64,000 nucleotides of DNA, taken from positions 28 to 64,027 of IMG/VR virus record IMGVR_UViG_3300032281_001326; one strand, 5' to 3'. The stretch's first letter is position 1, and each line of letters opens with the position of its first letter. The translations under genes and the position numbers were made by a program. This document shows positions 25,714 through 34,643 of this stretch, piece after piece. The stretch is from a virus (taxonomy: Duplodnaviria > Caudoviricetes). The notes beneath the pieces are model-generated. The model saw only the letters and a program-made list of their open reading frames with translations. It made no database searches and was not told the DNA's origin.

Positions 25714-27369
25714 TTATGATTCACATGATTTACAGCTTAAAATCGAACGAGCAAGTTCCTGTGAGGGGTTTGCACTTCTTTGGTAATATAAAGATTTAAT
25801 GCCTTGCTCCCAAGCAAAAATCATAAGTTCGTTTACGTCTTTCGGTTTAGTATTTGGGGGTATCATTATATTTAAACTTTGACCCTGATCAATATATTTT
25901 TGACGTTGAGCCGCTTGTATTATGATTTCTTTTTGTGAAATTTCTCCAAATGTTTTGAAAGCGTTTTTTTCGCCTTCATTTAGAAAGTCTAGGTGCTGAA
26001 CACTTCCGCCTTTCATAAGGATTGATTTCCAGATATCATCATTGTCTTCGTCCTTTTCCTTTAAAAGTTTTTTTAGATAACTGTTTTTAAATGTAAATTT
26101 ACCCTTTGCTAAATCTTTTACAAAATAATTACTATTAAGGGGCTCTATACTGGGAGAGACTTGCCCAAGAATAAAACTAGAAGAAGTTGTTGGGGCGATA
26201 GCTAAAGTGGTAACATTTCTTCTGTTTTCAGAAGAGTTTTCGTAAATGGGAGCTTTTCCAAAAAGAAACGCTAGCTCTTGTGTCGCTTTATCTGATTTTT
26301 CTCTAATGGTTTTCCAAATTTTATTGTTAAGTATTTTTGCTTCCATTGATTCAAAGGCAATCATCTTAGCTTGAAGTAGCGAATGCCAGCCCAAGGCTCC
26401 AATTCCTAGTGCTCTTTGGCTCATGGCAAACCTTCTAGGAGCCTCCATAAATTTCATCCCTTCGGTTTTTTCTATAAATTCAGACATTACTGCGTCCAAA
26501 AAATAGACCAATGTTTCTACCGCGTCGGTATCTTTCCACTCTTCCCAGGTTTCTAAATTCATAGAAGATAAATCGCAAACAAACGATTCGCCTTCTGAAT
26601 TTGAAAGCATAATTTCTGAACAAAGATTGGAATTATTAATTTTTATTCCTTTATCCTTATAAATTTGCGGAGCTTGATTGTTAGCATTATCGCTAAAAAA
26701 GATATAAGGATAACCTGATTCAAATCTTTTCTTGATAACAAGTCCCCAAATTTTACGGGCATCTTTGTCTCCATTTGTCATTTTTTTCATCCACTCATCG
26801 GATACACAAACCCCAATTGATAGATTTTGAATAGAGTGACCCTCTCCTCTAATTTGAAGAAACTCTTCAATATCAGGATGATCTATGGGAAGATAAGCGG
26901 CAAAGGAGCCTCGTCTAACGTTTCCCTGAGAAACCACTTCCATTAATTTGTCATAAAGTTCCATAAAATGGACTGCTCCTGTAGACTCACCTCCGGAAGA
27001 AATAGGAGTCCCTCTTCCTCTAAGAGATCCAAAGTAAGCTGATGTGCCGCCTCCTTGCTTTGTCATCAAAGCGACTTCGGAAACTTTTTCCATTATATCT
27101 TCCATTGTGTCCCCAACGTAGGAGCCAAAGCAAGATATTGGAAGACCTCTTTTTCTGCCGAAGTTAGCCCATATGGGAGAGCTTAAGCTATAAAAGCCCA
27201 TAGCCATATAGTTTTCAAACTTATTAGCGAAACCCTTTATTTTCAGATAATTTTCTGCTATTCCCGCAATATCTCCAATTCTTTGTTCGGCGGTTTCTTC
27301 ATTTAAGAGATATCCTCTTTCAAGGAATTTTCTTGAATCTTTATTTAGCCATTCATATTTGTTTGTCAT
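25714..27369 (-). CDS. nrdA: Class I ribonucleotide reductase alpha subunit (short, no ATP cone)
   Basis: PISCF, SNLCSEI, CDLSS, IAPTTSSS, SLYYQR, C-terminal CKSC. Confidence 0.95.
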   Translation of the reverse strand: MTNKYEWLNKDSRKFLERGYLLNEETAEQRIGDIAGIAENYLKIKGFANKFENYMAMGFYSLSSPIWANFGRKRGLPISCFGSYVGDTMEDIMEKVSEVALMTKQGGGTSAYFGSLRGRGTPISSGGESTGAVHFMELYDKLMEVVSQGNVRRGSFAAYLPIDHPDIEEFLQIRGEGHSIQNLSIGVCVSDEWMKKMTNGDKDARKIWGLVIKKRFESGYPYIFFSDNANNQAPQIYKDKGIKINNSNLCSEIMLSNSEGESFVCDLSSMNLETWEEWKDTDAVETLVYFLDAVMSEFIEKTEGMKFMEAPRRFAMSQRALGIGALGWHSLLQAKMIAFESMEAKILNNKIWKTIREKSDKATQELAFLFGKAPIYENSSENRRNVTTLAIAPTTSSSFILGQVSPSIEPLNSNYFVKDLAKGKFTFKNSYLKKLLKEKDEDNDDIWKSILMKGGSVQHLDFLNEGEKNAFKTFGEISQKEIIIQAAQRQKYIDQGQSLNIMIPPNTKPKDVNELMIFAWEQGIKSLYYQRSANPSQELARSILSCKSCES

Positions 27370-27372
27370 AAA

Positions 27373-28344
27373 TTAAAATAGATCGTCTTCAGAAAAGGAT
27401 TGGTTCTTTTTAGAGTACTCCGTTGGTCTGCTATGGAAAAAATCAACCATATTATTTCCCAACAACTCCTCCGTAAACCATATCGTAGAAGAAATAAGAT
27501 TTTTGTCAATCTCAAATGCGGCAGGAAATCCAATCATTTTCAATGATTCATTAATTCTATTTTTTACAAACTCTTTTAATATTGGGGCACTAAGGCTATC
27601 TTCTTTTATTCCATTTACCATCCAATCGATGATTTTTGACTCTGATTCGTATGCTTCTTTTGCTTCGGAAATAATTCTTTCGATAAAATCCGAATCAAAT
27701 AAATCGGGGTATTCTTCTCTTATTGTATTAATAATCTTAGCCCCAACCAAAGCATGTATGTTTTCTTCGTTTCTGGTATATTTTACTTGCTGATCTGTAT
27801 CTTTAAGCACATTTTTGAAACGAGCAAACCAATTAATAATATAAAATTGAGAAAACAAAGAGACGTTTTCAACAAATAATGTAAAAAGAGTTAAAGCGTA
27901 AACATATTGTTTTTTAGAGTCTTTGTAGTAGCGATGAGTGTACTTTTTAAGATATTTAACTCTACCCTGTATCCAATCGAGCTTTAAGTTTTCTTCAAAA
28001 ATATCTTCCAATCCAAGAGTTGATATGAGTCTTTCATAGGCGTTATTATGAATAACTTCCGTATTAGCCATTACATAGCCAAGATCTTGCAATGAAGGAT
28101 GGGGAAGGTTTTCACCAAGCTTAGCCCAGAAGGTTTTAACGGCAATTTCTATCTGCCCTATAGCCGATAGTGTTCTTATAATTATTTCCTTTTCCTGTTC
28201 GGTTAAATTCACTTTAAATTGCTGAACGTCAGATTTAAAAGAAAATTCTTTATCTGTCCAAAAGCCATTGTGCATGGCTTCAATGAAGTTTTCCGTCCAA
28301 GGATAATAGTTTGGCTTGCGTGAAATTTGTTCGTCGAAAATCAT
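27373..28344 (-). CDS. nrdB: Class I ribonucleotide reductase beta subunit
   Basis: FWTDKEF, QIE, EVIHNNAY, ENVSLFSQF, EENIH, DFFHSRPTEY. Confidence 0.95.
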   Translation of the reverse strand: MIFDEQISRKPNYYPWTENFIEAMHNGFWTDKEFSFKSDVQQFKVNLTEQEKEIIIRTLSAIGQIEIAVKTFWAKLGENLPHPSLQDLGYVMANTEVIHNNAYERLISTLGLEDIFEENLKLDWIQGRVKYLKKYTHRYYKDSKKQYVYALTLFTLFVENVSLFSQFYIINWFARFKNVLKDTDQQVKYTRNEENIHALVGAKIINTIREEYPDLFDSDFIERIISEAKEAYESESKIIDWMVNGIKEDSLSAPILKEFVKNRINESLKMIGFPAAFEIDKNLISSTIWFTEELLGNNMVDFFHSRPTEYSKKNQSFSEDDLF

Positions 28345-28366
28345 ATTTTTACTGTGTTTGAGTATA

Positions 28367-28395
28367 AGTTTACAGTAAATTTTGAGCTAGGTCAA
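28367..28395 (-). promoter_or_regulatory. Sigma70-type promoter TTGACC-N17-TAAACT
   Basis: Intergenic, upstream of nrdB. Confidence 0.75.
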
Positions 28396-28454
28396 ATTAA
28401 TATTTTTATATTAACTTTTTATTAATAATAAGATTATCGCAGTGTATTAGAATC

Positions 28455-28853
28455 CTAATCGGAAATAGACACGCCAAACTTTTTAAGTTTTTTATTTGCT
28501 TTTTCGAGTTTTTCTTTCTTTATTTCCGAAGAATGTTTAACTCCTTTCTCGTCCTTGTATGACGAGAGGAAGTTTTTTAAAACTGGATCATTTCTTTCCC
28601 CGCCTCTTTTTTCGCTTAACTCCTTGCTTGCGTTTAGCAGATCTCCAATTGTGCCTTTTTTATTTCTTGTTTTTTCGGCAAAATCTTTTGAAGAAAAAGC
28701 GTCTATTTTTGAATCTATTGAGGAAGATGGGACTGTATATATTCTTTTATATTCAAGTCCGTTCGAGTCGATAAATACATGAGTTTCATTCATGTTTTGA
28801 ATGATTTCAATGATTTCTTCTGTTTTTGGATTTTGAAACAGATAAATAGGCAT
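28455..28853 (-). CDS. FmdB-like small protein lacking the Zn-ligand cysteines
   Basis: MPIYLFQ...EIIQNMNE...KRIYT pattern of FmdB-type proteins, with no Cys. Confidence 0.5.
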   Translation of the reverse strand: MPIYLFQNPKTEEIIEIIQNMNETHVFIDSNGLEYKRIYTVPSSSIDSKIDAFSSKDFAEKTRNKKGTIGDLLNASKELSEKRGGERNDPVLKNFLSSYKDEKGVKHSSEIKKEKLEKANKKLKKFGVSISD

Positions 28854-28854
28854 T

Positions 28855-29955
28855 TTATACCCCCATTGAATTAAGTATAATATTCACAGTTTTTTCCCAT
28901 GTAAATTTTTTAGTTAGCTTTTCGCCTTCTACGTTATTTGGGTTATCTGTAAATCTTTTTTCAGCGACTTCGCATGCAGAAATAAATTCATCATCATTCC
29001 AATCAAAGTAAGAGCCTTGATTGAATTCTTGTTTTTCATTAAAAAATAAACCATCGTAGCACGGAATTTTTCCGATTGGTTTTACTAGAACAGAATTTTT
29101 TTCATCAGCCCAATCCTTATAAGAGTGAGCATTTAAAATAACAGCATGTTTGCCAAGAGCAACGCTTTGAAACTCTGGAAGACCCCAGCCTTCAGCCGCA
29201 GACATTCCAATGATAATATCATTACTATTTAAATAATTATTATAGACTACATTAGTATCCATAAATGGCAAGAAATTAATATTAAAATAGTTTTTTCCTT
29301 CTAAAACAGAAGAAATTGACGTCTCTTGCTGTTCTTTAGTTAAGAACGGATTCGCAATCGCGCAATTAAGTAGATACTTTGGATTGTTACCATACTTCTT
29401 GGCCCAATTTTTTAAAACCTTATGGTGCTGTTTTCTTTTTTCTAATTTTCCAGCTAAGCCAAAAACTATTTTATCATCTTGCTTTTTATTGATTTTAGAA
29501 AACGATCTTGAATCGAATCCAAGTGGACAATGAATAACGTTTTCGCAACCTAGCTTAGAAAAGACATCAACAGCATACGATGAAGATAAAAATAAAGCTT
29601 TTTGATTTTTTACAATGTTTAACTCGGAAGAAGTAGGAGAATCCAACTCATAAAAAGTAAACAAATGCTGATCTCTTGAATAAGAGTTTAATGACCCATT
29701 GAGATGCCATAATTTAAAAGTCGGATCATTCCGACTTATCCTAGCTTGCGCTCCAGAAAAGCTAGCTTTAAACCATTCTAAAAAATCATTATCTATTAAT
29801 CCAGCAAATGCTCCAAAGTCAGCTTGACCTCCAATTGTAATTACATTTGGTTTCTTTTTAAGTTTAAAAAGCTCAAAAAGAATATTAATACTACAGTTTC
29901 CAAATGAAACTTTGTTAACTGGGATTTCTAAATTGAAGTTTCCCATTTTTTTCAA
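28855..29955 (-). CDS. Glycosyltransferase family 4 (GT-B)
   Basis: CPLGFD, GKLEKRKQH, AEGWGLPEFQSVALG (EX7E-like). Confidence 0.85.
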   Translation of the reverse strand: MKKMGNFNLEIPVNKVSFGNCSINILFELFKLKKKPNVITIGGQADFGAFAGLIDNDFLEWFKASFSGAQARISRNDPTFKLWHLNGSLNSYSRDQHLFTFYELDSPTSSELNIVKNQKALFLSSSYAVDVFSKLGCENVIHCPLGFDSRSFSKINKKQDDKIVFGLAGKLEKRKQHHKVLKNWAKKYGNNPKYLLNCAIANPFLTKEQQETSISSVLEGKNYFNINFLPFMDTNVVYNNYLNSNDIIIGMSAAEGWGLPEFQSVALGKHAVILNAHSYKDWADEKNSVLVKPIGKIPCYDGLFFNEKQEFNQGSYFDWNDDEFISACEVAEKRFTDNPNNVEGEKLTKKFTWEKTVNIILNSMGV

Positions 29956-30242
29956 AAAGGGATTTCGTCTGAGGCTGTTTCGTCAGCCGCGAGATCTTGA
30001 GGCGAGGCGGTGGATTGAGCTTGTTGGGTTTTATTATTTTCAGACAAATAAATCCTGTAATCAGGAGATGGCTCGCCTGGCTTTTTAAAATTGTTCTTAA
30101 ACACGACAACGCTAACTTTTTCTTTATTAGAATCTAGGAAGTATCCAGAAAGAAATGTGTTTCCGGCTTTTGACTTTTTAATCCAAAAGGCTCCAGCTTC
30201 TTGTTCTCTTGATGTTTTTGTAGTTTGGTTTTCGTTATTCAT
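29952..30242 (-). CDS. Small putative ssDNA-binding protein with SSB-type acidic tail
   Basis: GAFWIKKSKAG..FLSG...FKN..K..PDYRIY core (DUF736-like); C-terminus DEIPF. Confidence 0.55.
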   Translation of the reverse strand: MNNENQTTKTSREQEAGAFWIKKSKAGNTFLSGYFLDSNKEKVSVVVFKNNFKKPGEPSPDYRIYLSENNKTQQAQSTASPQDLAADETASDEIPF

Positions 30243-30268
30243 ATTTTTATGTTTTAATTTAGATTATT

Positions 30269-30297
30269 AGTATAGGTATATTTTTTCTATAAGTCAA
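30269..30297 (-). promoter_or_regulatory. Sigma70-type promoter TTGACT-N17-TATACT
   Basis: Upstream of ATG 30242. Confidence 0.8.
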
Positions 30298-30922
30298 ATA
30301 TAATTTTTCTATTTTTGCATTTTTGTTTGATAAGCTTTATAAATTTTTTATGCCAGTTTATAACTGTCTGTACTGTTACGTTCATTTCACTAGATACTTC
30401 AGTATAGCTTTTGCATCTATCTTCAGAAGAAAAATATTTTCTGTTTATGCACTCCTGCATTTTTTTATTTGCTAAATTTGGAAGTATTTCTTTTATTATT
30501 TCTAGAGTTTCATTTTTAGCTTCTCGCTCAAGGCTTGATTTTTTTTCTTCTGAATTTCCTGATTCTAGTAAAAAATTTAGATCTTTATCATCTGTTGGTA
30601 TTAATTTATTATATTTATTAATGCAATTTAAACAAAAGAATCTAGTTTGATTAGAAAGCCATGTGGAAAATTTGCTACCCATTGAAGGGTTATACGTTTT
30701 TGCAGAATTGTATATGATGTAATCTTTACTAGAAGTTATTTCATCAGAAATAAAGCCGGATATGTTTGGTAGATTTATATACCTTTTATAAGTGTCTACG
30801 CATATTCCGCTATGTTTGTCTATTAACAATTTAATAGCTTCGTTATTTCCGTTTTTGACGGAATTAATTAAGTCAATGTCTTCCTTGATTGAAAGATCTG
30901 AAGAAAGTTTTGCGCGTTTCAT
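30287..30922 (-). CDS. RNA polymerase sigma factor (sigma70 family)
   Basis: Region 2 (DLINSVKNGNNEA, YNPSMGSKFSTW) and region 4 HTH (SYTEVSSEMNVTVQTV). Confidence 0.85.
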   Translation of the reverse strand: MKRAKLSSDLSIKEDIDLINSVKNGNNEAIKLLIDKHSGICVDTYKRYINLPNISGFISDEITSSKDYIIYNSAKTYNPSMGSKFSTWLSNQTRFFCLNCINKYNKLIPTDDKDLNFLLESGNSEEKKSSLEREAKNETLEIIKEILPNLANKKMQECINRKYFSSEDRCKSYTEVSSEMNVTVQTVINWHKKFIKLIKQKCKNRKIIFDL

Positions 30923-31524
30923 TTTTTTGAATTTAAAAAGTTAAATATTGAATCAATGCACTGTTTTGCTTCTTGTTCAATAAGGGATTTGTCAGAATGG
31001 GTTCCCCAGATAAGATCGTGGTCTGAATTTTTCACAAAAAAGGGGAAGCTGCCTTCTTCAGAAGAATGCGCGGCTTTATTCATTGAGCCGTCTTTTAATT
31101 GTCTTGAAACTGTCACTATAAAATTAGAGCTATAAGATTTAATAAAATCAAATTCATCGAATTCATATTGTTTAAACCTAAGATCTGGGATTATTGCCAC
31201 GCTTCCATTATTTTCAAAGAAAGAATCTATTTCTGGCTTTAGCCTATTAAACCAATAGGTCCCTTTTGAAGAGTCTCGTTGAGCGTTTCCATAAGCAATT
31301 AACAGAGGTCTTATCTTGGATTTCAAATCTGATTCGTTGGTAAATGGCGATATTCCAAACTTGTCAACAAGGAAACTTTCCATGTCTAGCTTTAGTGCGG
31401 TGGCAAAAGAGAAGATCTTAGACCTGAACCCTCTTTCGTTTAATTTTGAATTAAGCAAAGAAGCGAGGGTATCTTTACCAGATCTTGCAAAACCAGAAAT
31501 TCCTATTACTGTTTTATTGTTCAT
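30919..31524 (-). CDS. Deoxynucleoside monophosphate kinase
   Basis: IGISGFARSGKDT, FATALK, RPLLIAYG, IPDLRF. Confidence 0.85.
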   Translation of the reverse strand: MNNKTVIGISGFARSGKDTLASLLNSKLNERGFRSKIFSFATALKLDMESFLVDKFGISPFTNESDLKSKIRPLLIAYGNAQRDSSKGTYWFNRLKPEIDSFFENNGSVAIIPDLRFKQYEFDEFDFIKSYSSNFIVTVSRQLKDGSMNKAAHSSEEGSFPFFVKNSDHDLIWGTHSDKSLIEQEAKQCIDSIFNFLNSKK

Positions 31525-31536
31525 TTAATGTGATTG

Positions 31537-31566
31537 AAGTTAATACTCTTTTTTACAAAGAGTCAA
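31537..31566 (-). promoter_or_regulatory. Possible promoter TTGACT-N18-TAACTT
   Basis: 12 nt upstream of ATG 31524. Confidence 0.55.
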
Positions 31567-31579
31567 ACCTATTTTTGTC

Positions 31580-31755
31580 AGGCCATATTTATCGCATAAA
31601 TATATATTACGTGAGTTAAGGCTTCGATTCGTATTTTTAATCACGTGTAAAAAATACCAAGCCGCTAGAAAAATCCGAGCATCGCTTCGCTCGCTAGAAA
31701 TTAAATTGCTTTTTAATAAAAGCGCGGGGATTTGCGATTCGCAGGGAATGATAGT
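31580..31755 (-). other. Structured intergenic element (candidate small RNA or origin) at the divergent strand switch
   Basis: Five hairpins plus the direct repeat CGCTAGAAA (31663-31671, 31692-31700), downstream of a perfect promoter. Confidence 0.45.
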
Positions 31756-31759
31756 TCCT

Positions 31760-31788
31760 ATTGTATTTTATTTTGGGGCCATTGTCAA
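31760..31788 (-). promoter_or_regulatory. Strong sigma70-type promoter TTGACA-N17-TACAAT
   Basis: Near-perfect consensus; nearest start codon on this strand is 236 nt away. Confidence 0.85.
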
Positions 31789-31827
31789 GTTATTTTGAAA
31801 AGCAAAAAAGCCAATATATCATAAAAC

Positions 31828-32211
31828 ATGATAGAAAACTATATTTACCTTCCGATTTCAATTGGGTGTATTGTATTTTTAATACAACAAACTGATTTTA
31901 TATACGAATACGCATCCCTGCTCTCTAATTTATTTAGAATAAAATATCTTCAGAATAAGTTCAAAACTTACGAAAATTCAAATAATTACGAAAATTATAT
32001 TTCCTTCTTAGGCTCCGTTCACGGGGTAAAAAAAAATATAACAGGCTTTATTTGCAGACTAGCAACATGTTTCATATGTTTCAATTGTTTTCTTTCTCTT
32101 TTCTCTGTACTTTTAATTACAAAAAGTATAATACTTGTCTTTCCATGCTTTTTCTTTTCTGTTTTGATATTTTATATTCTATTCATTATCAAGAAACACG
32201 TTTTTTCTTAA
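31828..32211 (+). CDS. Small membrane protein with CxxC (DUF1360-like or holin-like)
   Basis: Two to three hydrophobic segments, TCFICFNC motif, basic C-terminus. Confidence 0.55.
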   Translation: MIENYIYLPISIGCIVFLIQQTDFIYEYASLLSNLFRIKYLQNKFKTYENSNNYENYISFLGSVHGVKKNITGFICRLATCFICFNCFLSLFSVLLITKSIILVFPCFFFSVLIFYILFIIKKHVFS

Positions 32212-32255
32212 AAAAAAGTGTAATTTTACAGTGAAATATAACTATATATAAACAT

Positions 32256-32873
32256 ATGCCTCTTGTAAAACCAAAAAATAAAGAAAAAAAAACTGACTTT
32301 GTGTCCCGCTGCATAGGAGACACACAAACAAATAAAGACTTTCCAGATCAAAAGCAAAGGATCGCTGTTTGTTATTCTCAGTGGGATAAAGCCAAGAAGG
32401 ACGCTTCCGCTTCTGTTGAGTTGAACGACGATGAGTTTTTGGTTTTCGCAGAGTCGGAGTGTTCAGAATGCGACGAGACGGTAACAGCAAATGAGGAAGA
32501 GCTTACATTGGAAAATTTATATATTCCAACCGCTGAAGAATATCTTAATGCTGAAGAAATTGATCTCGAAAAATCCGAATTTACTGAACTCAATGTAGAC
32601 GAATATTTTAATATTGAAGTTGCAAATGCTGCAGAGTATCAGGGTAGAAAGGTTACATTAAATAAACCATTTAGAACTCCAGGCGGTCCAAAAAAGTCTG
32701 CCGTATATGTAAAAAATCAAAGTGGAAAAGTAGTTATCGTAAGATTCGGCGACCCAAACATGTCTATTAAGAAAAACATTCCAGCAAGAAGAAAAAGTTT
32801 TCGCGCTCGGCATAATTGCGAAAATCCAGGACCCATCTGGAAAGCCCGTTATTGGGCCTGCAAAAGTTGGTAA
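32256..32873 (+). CDS. Modular phage protein of unknown function
   Basis: N-terminal FVSRC...FPDQKQRIAVC module, acidic middle, basic C-terminal RFGD...RRKSFRARHNC...ARYWAC module. Confidence 0.75.
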   Translation: MPLVKPKNKEKKTDFVSRCIGDTQTNKDFPDQKQRIAVCYSQWDKAKKDASASVELNDDEFLVFAESECSECDETVTANEEELTLENLYIPTAEEYLNAEEIDLEKSEFTELNVDEYFNIEVANAAEYQGRKVTLNKPFRTPGGPKKSAVYVKNQSGKVVIVRFGDPNMSIKKNIPARRKSFRARHNCENPGPIWKARYWACKSW

Positions 32874-32893
32874 AATTAAAACTTCACAAAATC

Positions 32894-33364
32894 ATGAATA
32901 AGAACTTCTCAAAAACAAAAGAAAATGGAATTGATACATTCATAGTATCTTTCAATAAAAAAGAAAATCTTGTTAAGTCGTCAGAAGACGAAACGCCAGA
33001 AGAAGAATTGATGGATTTAAAAGAAGATCTATCTGAAATGGTTATTGGATCACTAGGAGCCGTCAAGTCACTTTCTGAGAATATATTAAACAATTTATCA
33101 AGCGAATCGGTAAAAGAAAATCTGTCTGAGCCATTCTTACAACAAATGGCGGCTTTGGCAGAAGATTACGTTACAACTATTCACAACTACGTGATGTTTA
33201 GTCAGGAGCCAGAAGAAATGGAAGAAGCTGACGCCGCTAAAAGAAAAGGATTGTGGGACAATATAAGAAACAAAAAGAAAAGAATGGGGAAAAACTATAA
33301 GCCAGCACGACCCGGATCCCCCGATAGACCATCTGAAAATTCTTGGAAAAAAGCTCAAGAGTAA
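32894..33364 (+). CDS. Hypothetical phage protein
   Basis: Start at ATG 32894 preferred (track 32816); acidic helical body, basic tail GLWDNIR...RPG..DRPS..WKKAQ. Confidence 0.7.
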   Translation: MNKNFSKTKENGIDTFIVSFNKKENLVKSSEDETPEEELMDLKEDLSEMVIGSLGAVKSLSENILNNLSSESVKENLSEPFLQQMAALAEDYVTTIHNYVMFSQEPEEMEEADAAKRKGLWDNIRNKKKRMGKNYKPARPGSPDRPSENSWKKAQE

Positions 33365-33377
33365 ATAAAATAGTAGA

Positions 33378-34616
33378 ATGTCTACTATATTTATTCAAAT
33401 AGCCTCATATAAAGATCCTCAATTAATTCCAACATTAGATGACTGTATAAAAAATGCAAAATATCCCGAAAATTTAAGATTCGGAATTGCATGGCAGCAT
33501 TCAAGCGATGAGAATATAGAGAAATACAAAAACGACCCAAGATTTAAAATAATTGATATACCATATCAAGAATCAAAAGGAGCTTGCTGGGCAAGAAACA
33601 AAATACAACAAGAATACGCCGGAGAAACCTATACTCTTCAATTAGATAGCCATCATAGATTTATAGAAAACTGGGACGAGGAATTAATCTTGATGATTGA
33701 GGATCTTCGAACAAAAGGGAGCAAGAAGCCTCTTCTTACAGGTTATATATCAAGTTTTGATCCAGATAACGACCCGAACGGAAGAGAAAAAAACCCATGG
33801 AGAATGGATTTCGATAGATTTACACCAGAAGGAATAGTTTTTTTCCTGCCAGCTTCCATTCCTAATTTTAAAAATTTAAAAGAACCGGTTAAATCAAGAT
33901 TTTATTCAGCTCATTTTTGCTTTGCAGACGGAATTTTTTGCAAAGAAGTACAGCATGATCCAGAGTATTATTTCCATGGAGAGGAAATATCAATAGCTGT
34001 TAGAGCCTATACTCATGGATACGATCTTTTTCATCCACATAAAATCATAGCGTGGCATGAATACACAAGAAAAGGCAGAACAAAACATTGGGATGACCAC
34101 AAGCAATGGTGGGAAGCAAACTCCAAATGTCATAAAAGGAACCGCATTCTTTTTGGAATGGAAGAAAATACAGAAAATATAGATTTCGGAATATACGGCT
34201 TTGGAAAAGAAAGAAGCCTTCAAGATTACGAAAAATACGCAGGCTTGTCTTTTAAAAAGAGGGCTGTTCAAAAATTTACTTTAGATAAGGATTATCCCCC
34301 TAATCCCTCTTATGAAAATGAAGAAGAATATGAAAAATCATTTTTAAAAATATTCAAGCACTGTATAGATATTCAATATAGCCAAGTCCCAGAAAAAGAT
34401 TATGAATTCTGGGTAGTAGCTTTCCATGGCGAAAACGGAGAAACTATCTTTAGAAAAGATACAGATAAAGCGGAAATCTCAAGAATGATGAAAGATCCAG
34501 ACAAATACTGTAAAATCTGGAGAGAGTTCAATGCCGAAACCCTACCTAAAAAATGGGTAGTCTGGCCTTATTCCCAATCTAAGGGATGGTGTGAACAAAT
34601 ATCTGGACAATTATAA
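33378..34616 (+). CDS. GT60-like (Skp1/polypeptide GlcNAc-transferase-like) glycosyltransferase
   Basis: IFIQIASYKD, GACWARN, LQLDSHHRF..WD, FYSAHFCF, FHGEEISIAVRAYTHGYD. Confidence 0.88.
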   Translation: MSTIFIQIASYKDPQLIPTLDDCIKNAKYPENLRFGIAWQHSSDENIEKYKNDPRFKIIDIPYQESKGACWARNKIQQEYAGETYTLQLDSHHRFIENWDEELILMIEDLRTKGSKKPLLTGYISSFDPDNDPNGREKNPWRMDFDRFTPEGIVFFLPASIPNFKNLKEPVKSRFYSAHFCFADGIFCKEVQHDPEYYFHGEEISIAVRAYTHGYDLFHPHKIIAWHEYTRKGRTKHWDDHKQWWEANSKCHKRNRILFGMEENTENIDFGIYGFGKERSLQDYEKYAGLSFKKRAVQKFTLDKDYPPNPSYENEEEYEKSFLKIFKHCIDIQYSQVPEKDYEFWVVAFHGENGETIFRKDTDKAEISRMMKDPDKYCKIWREFNAETLPKKWVVWPYSQSKGWCEQISGQL

Positions 34617-34643
34617 TCTATTTAAATTTTTACTACCAAATTG

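Noticed and set aside
10512-28344. Inteins or self-splicing introns in dnaE, dnaB, recA, nrdA or nrdB
   Set aside because: Protein lengths are normal or short, and no intein splice or homing-endonuclease motifs were seen.
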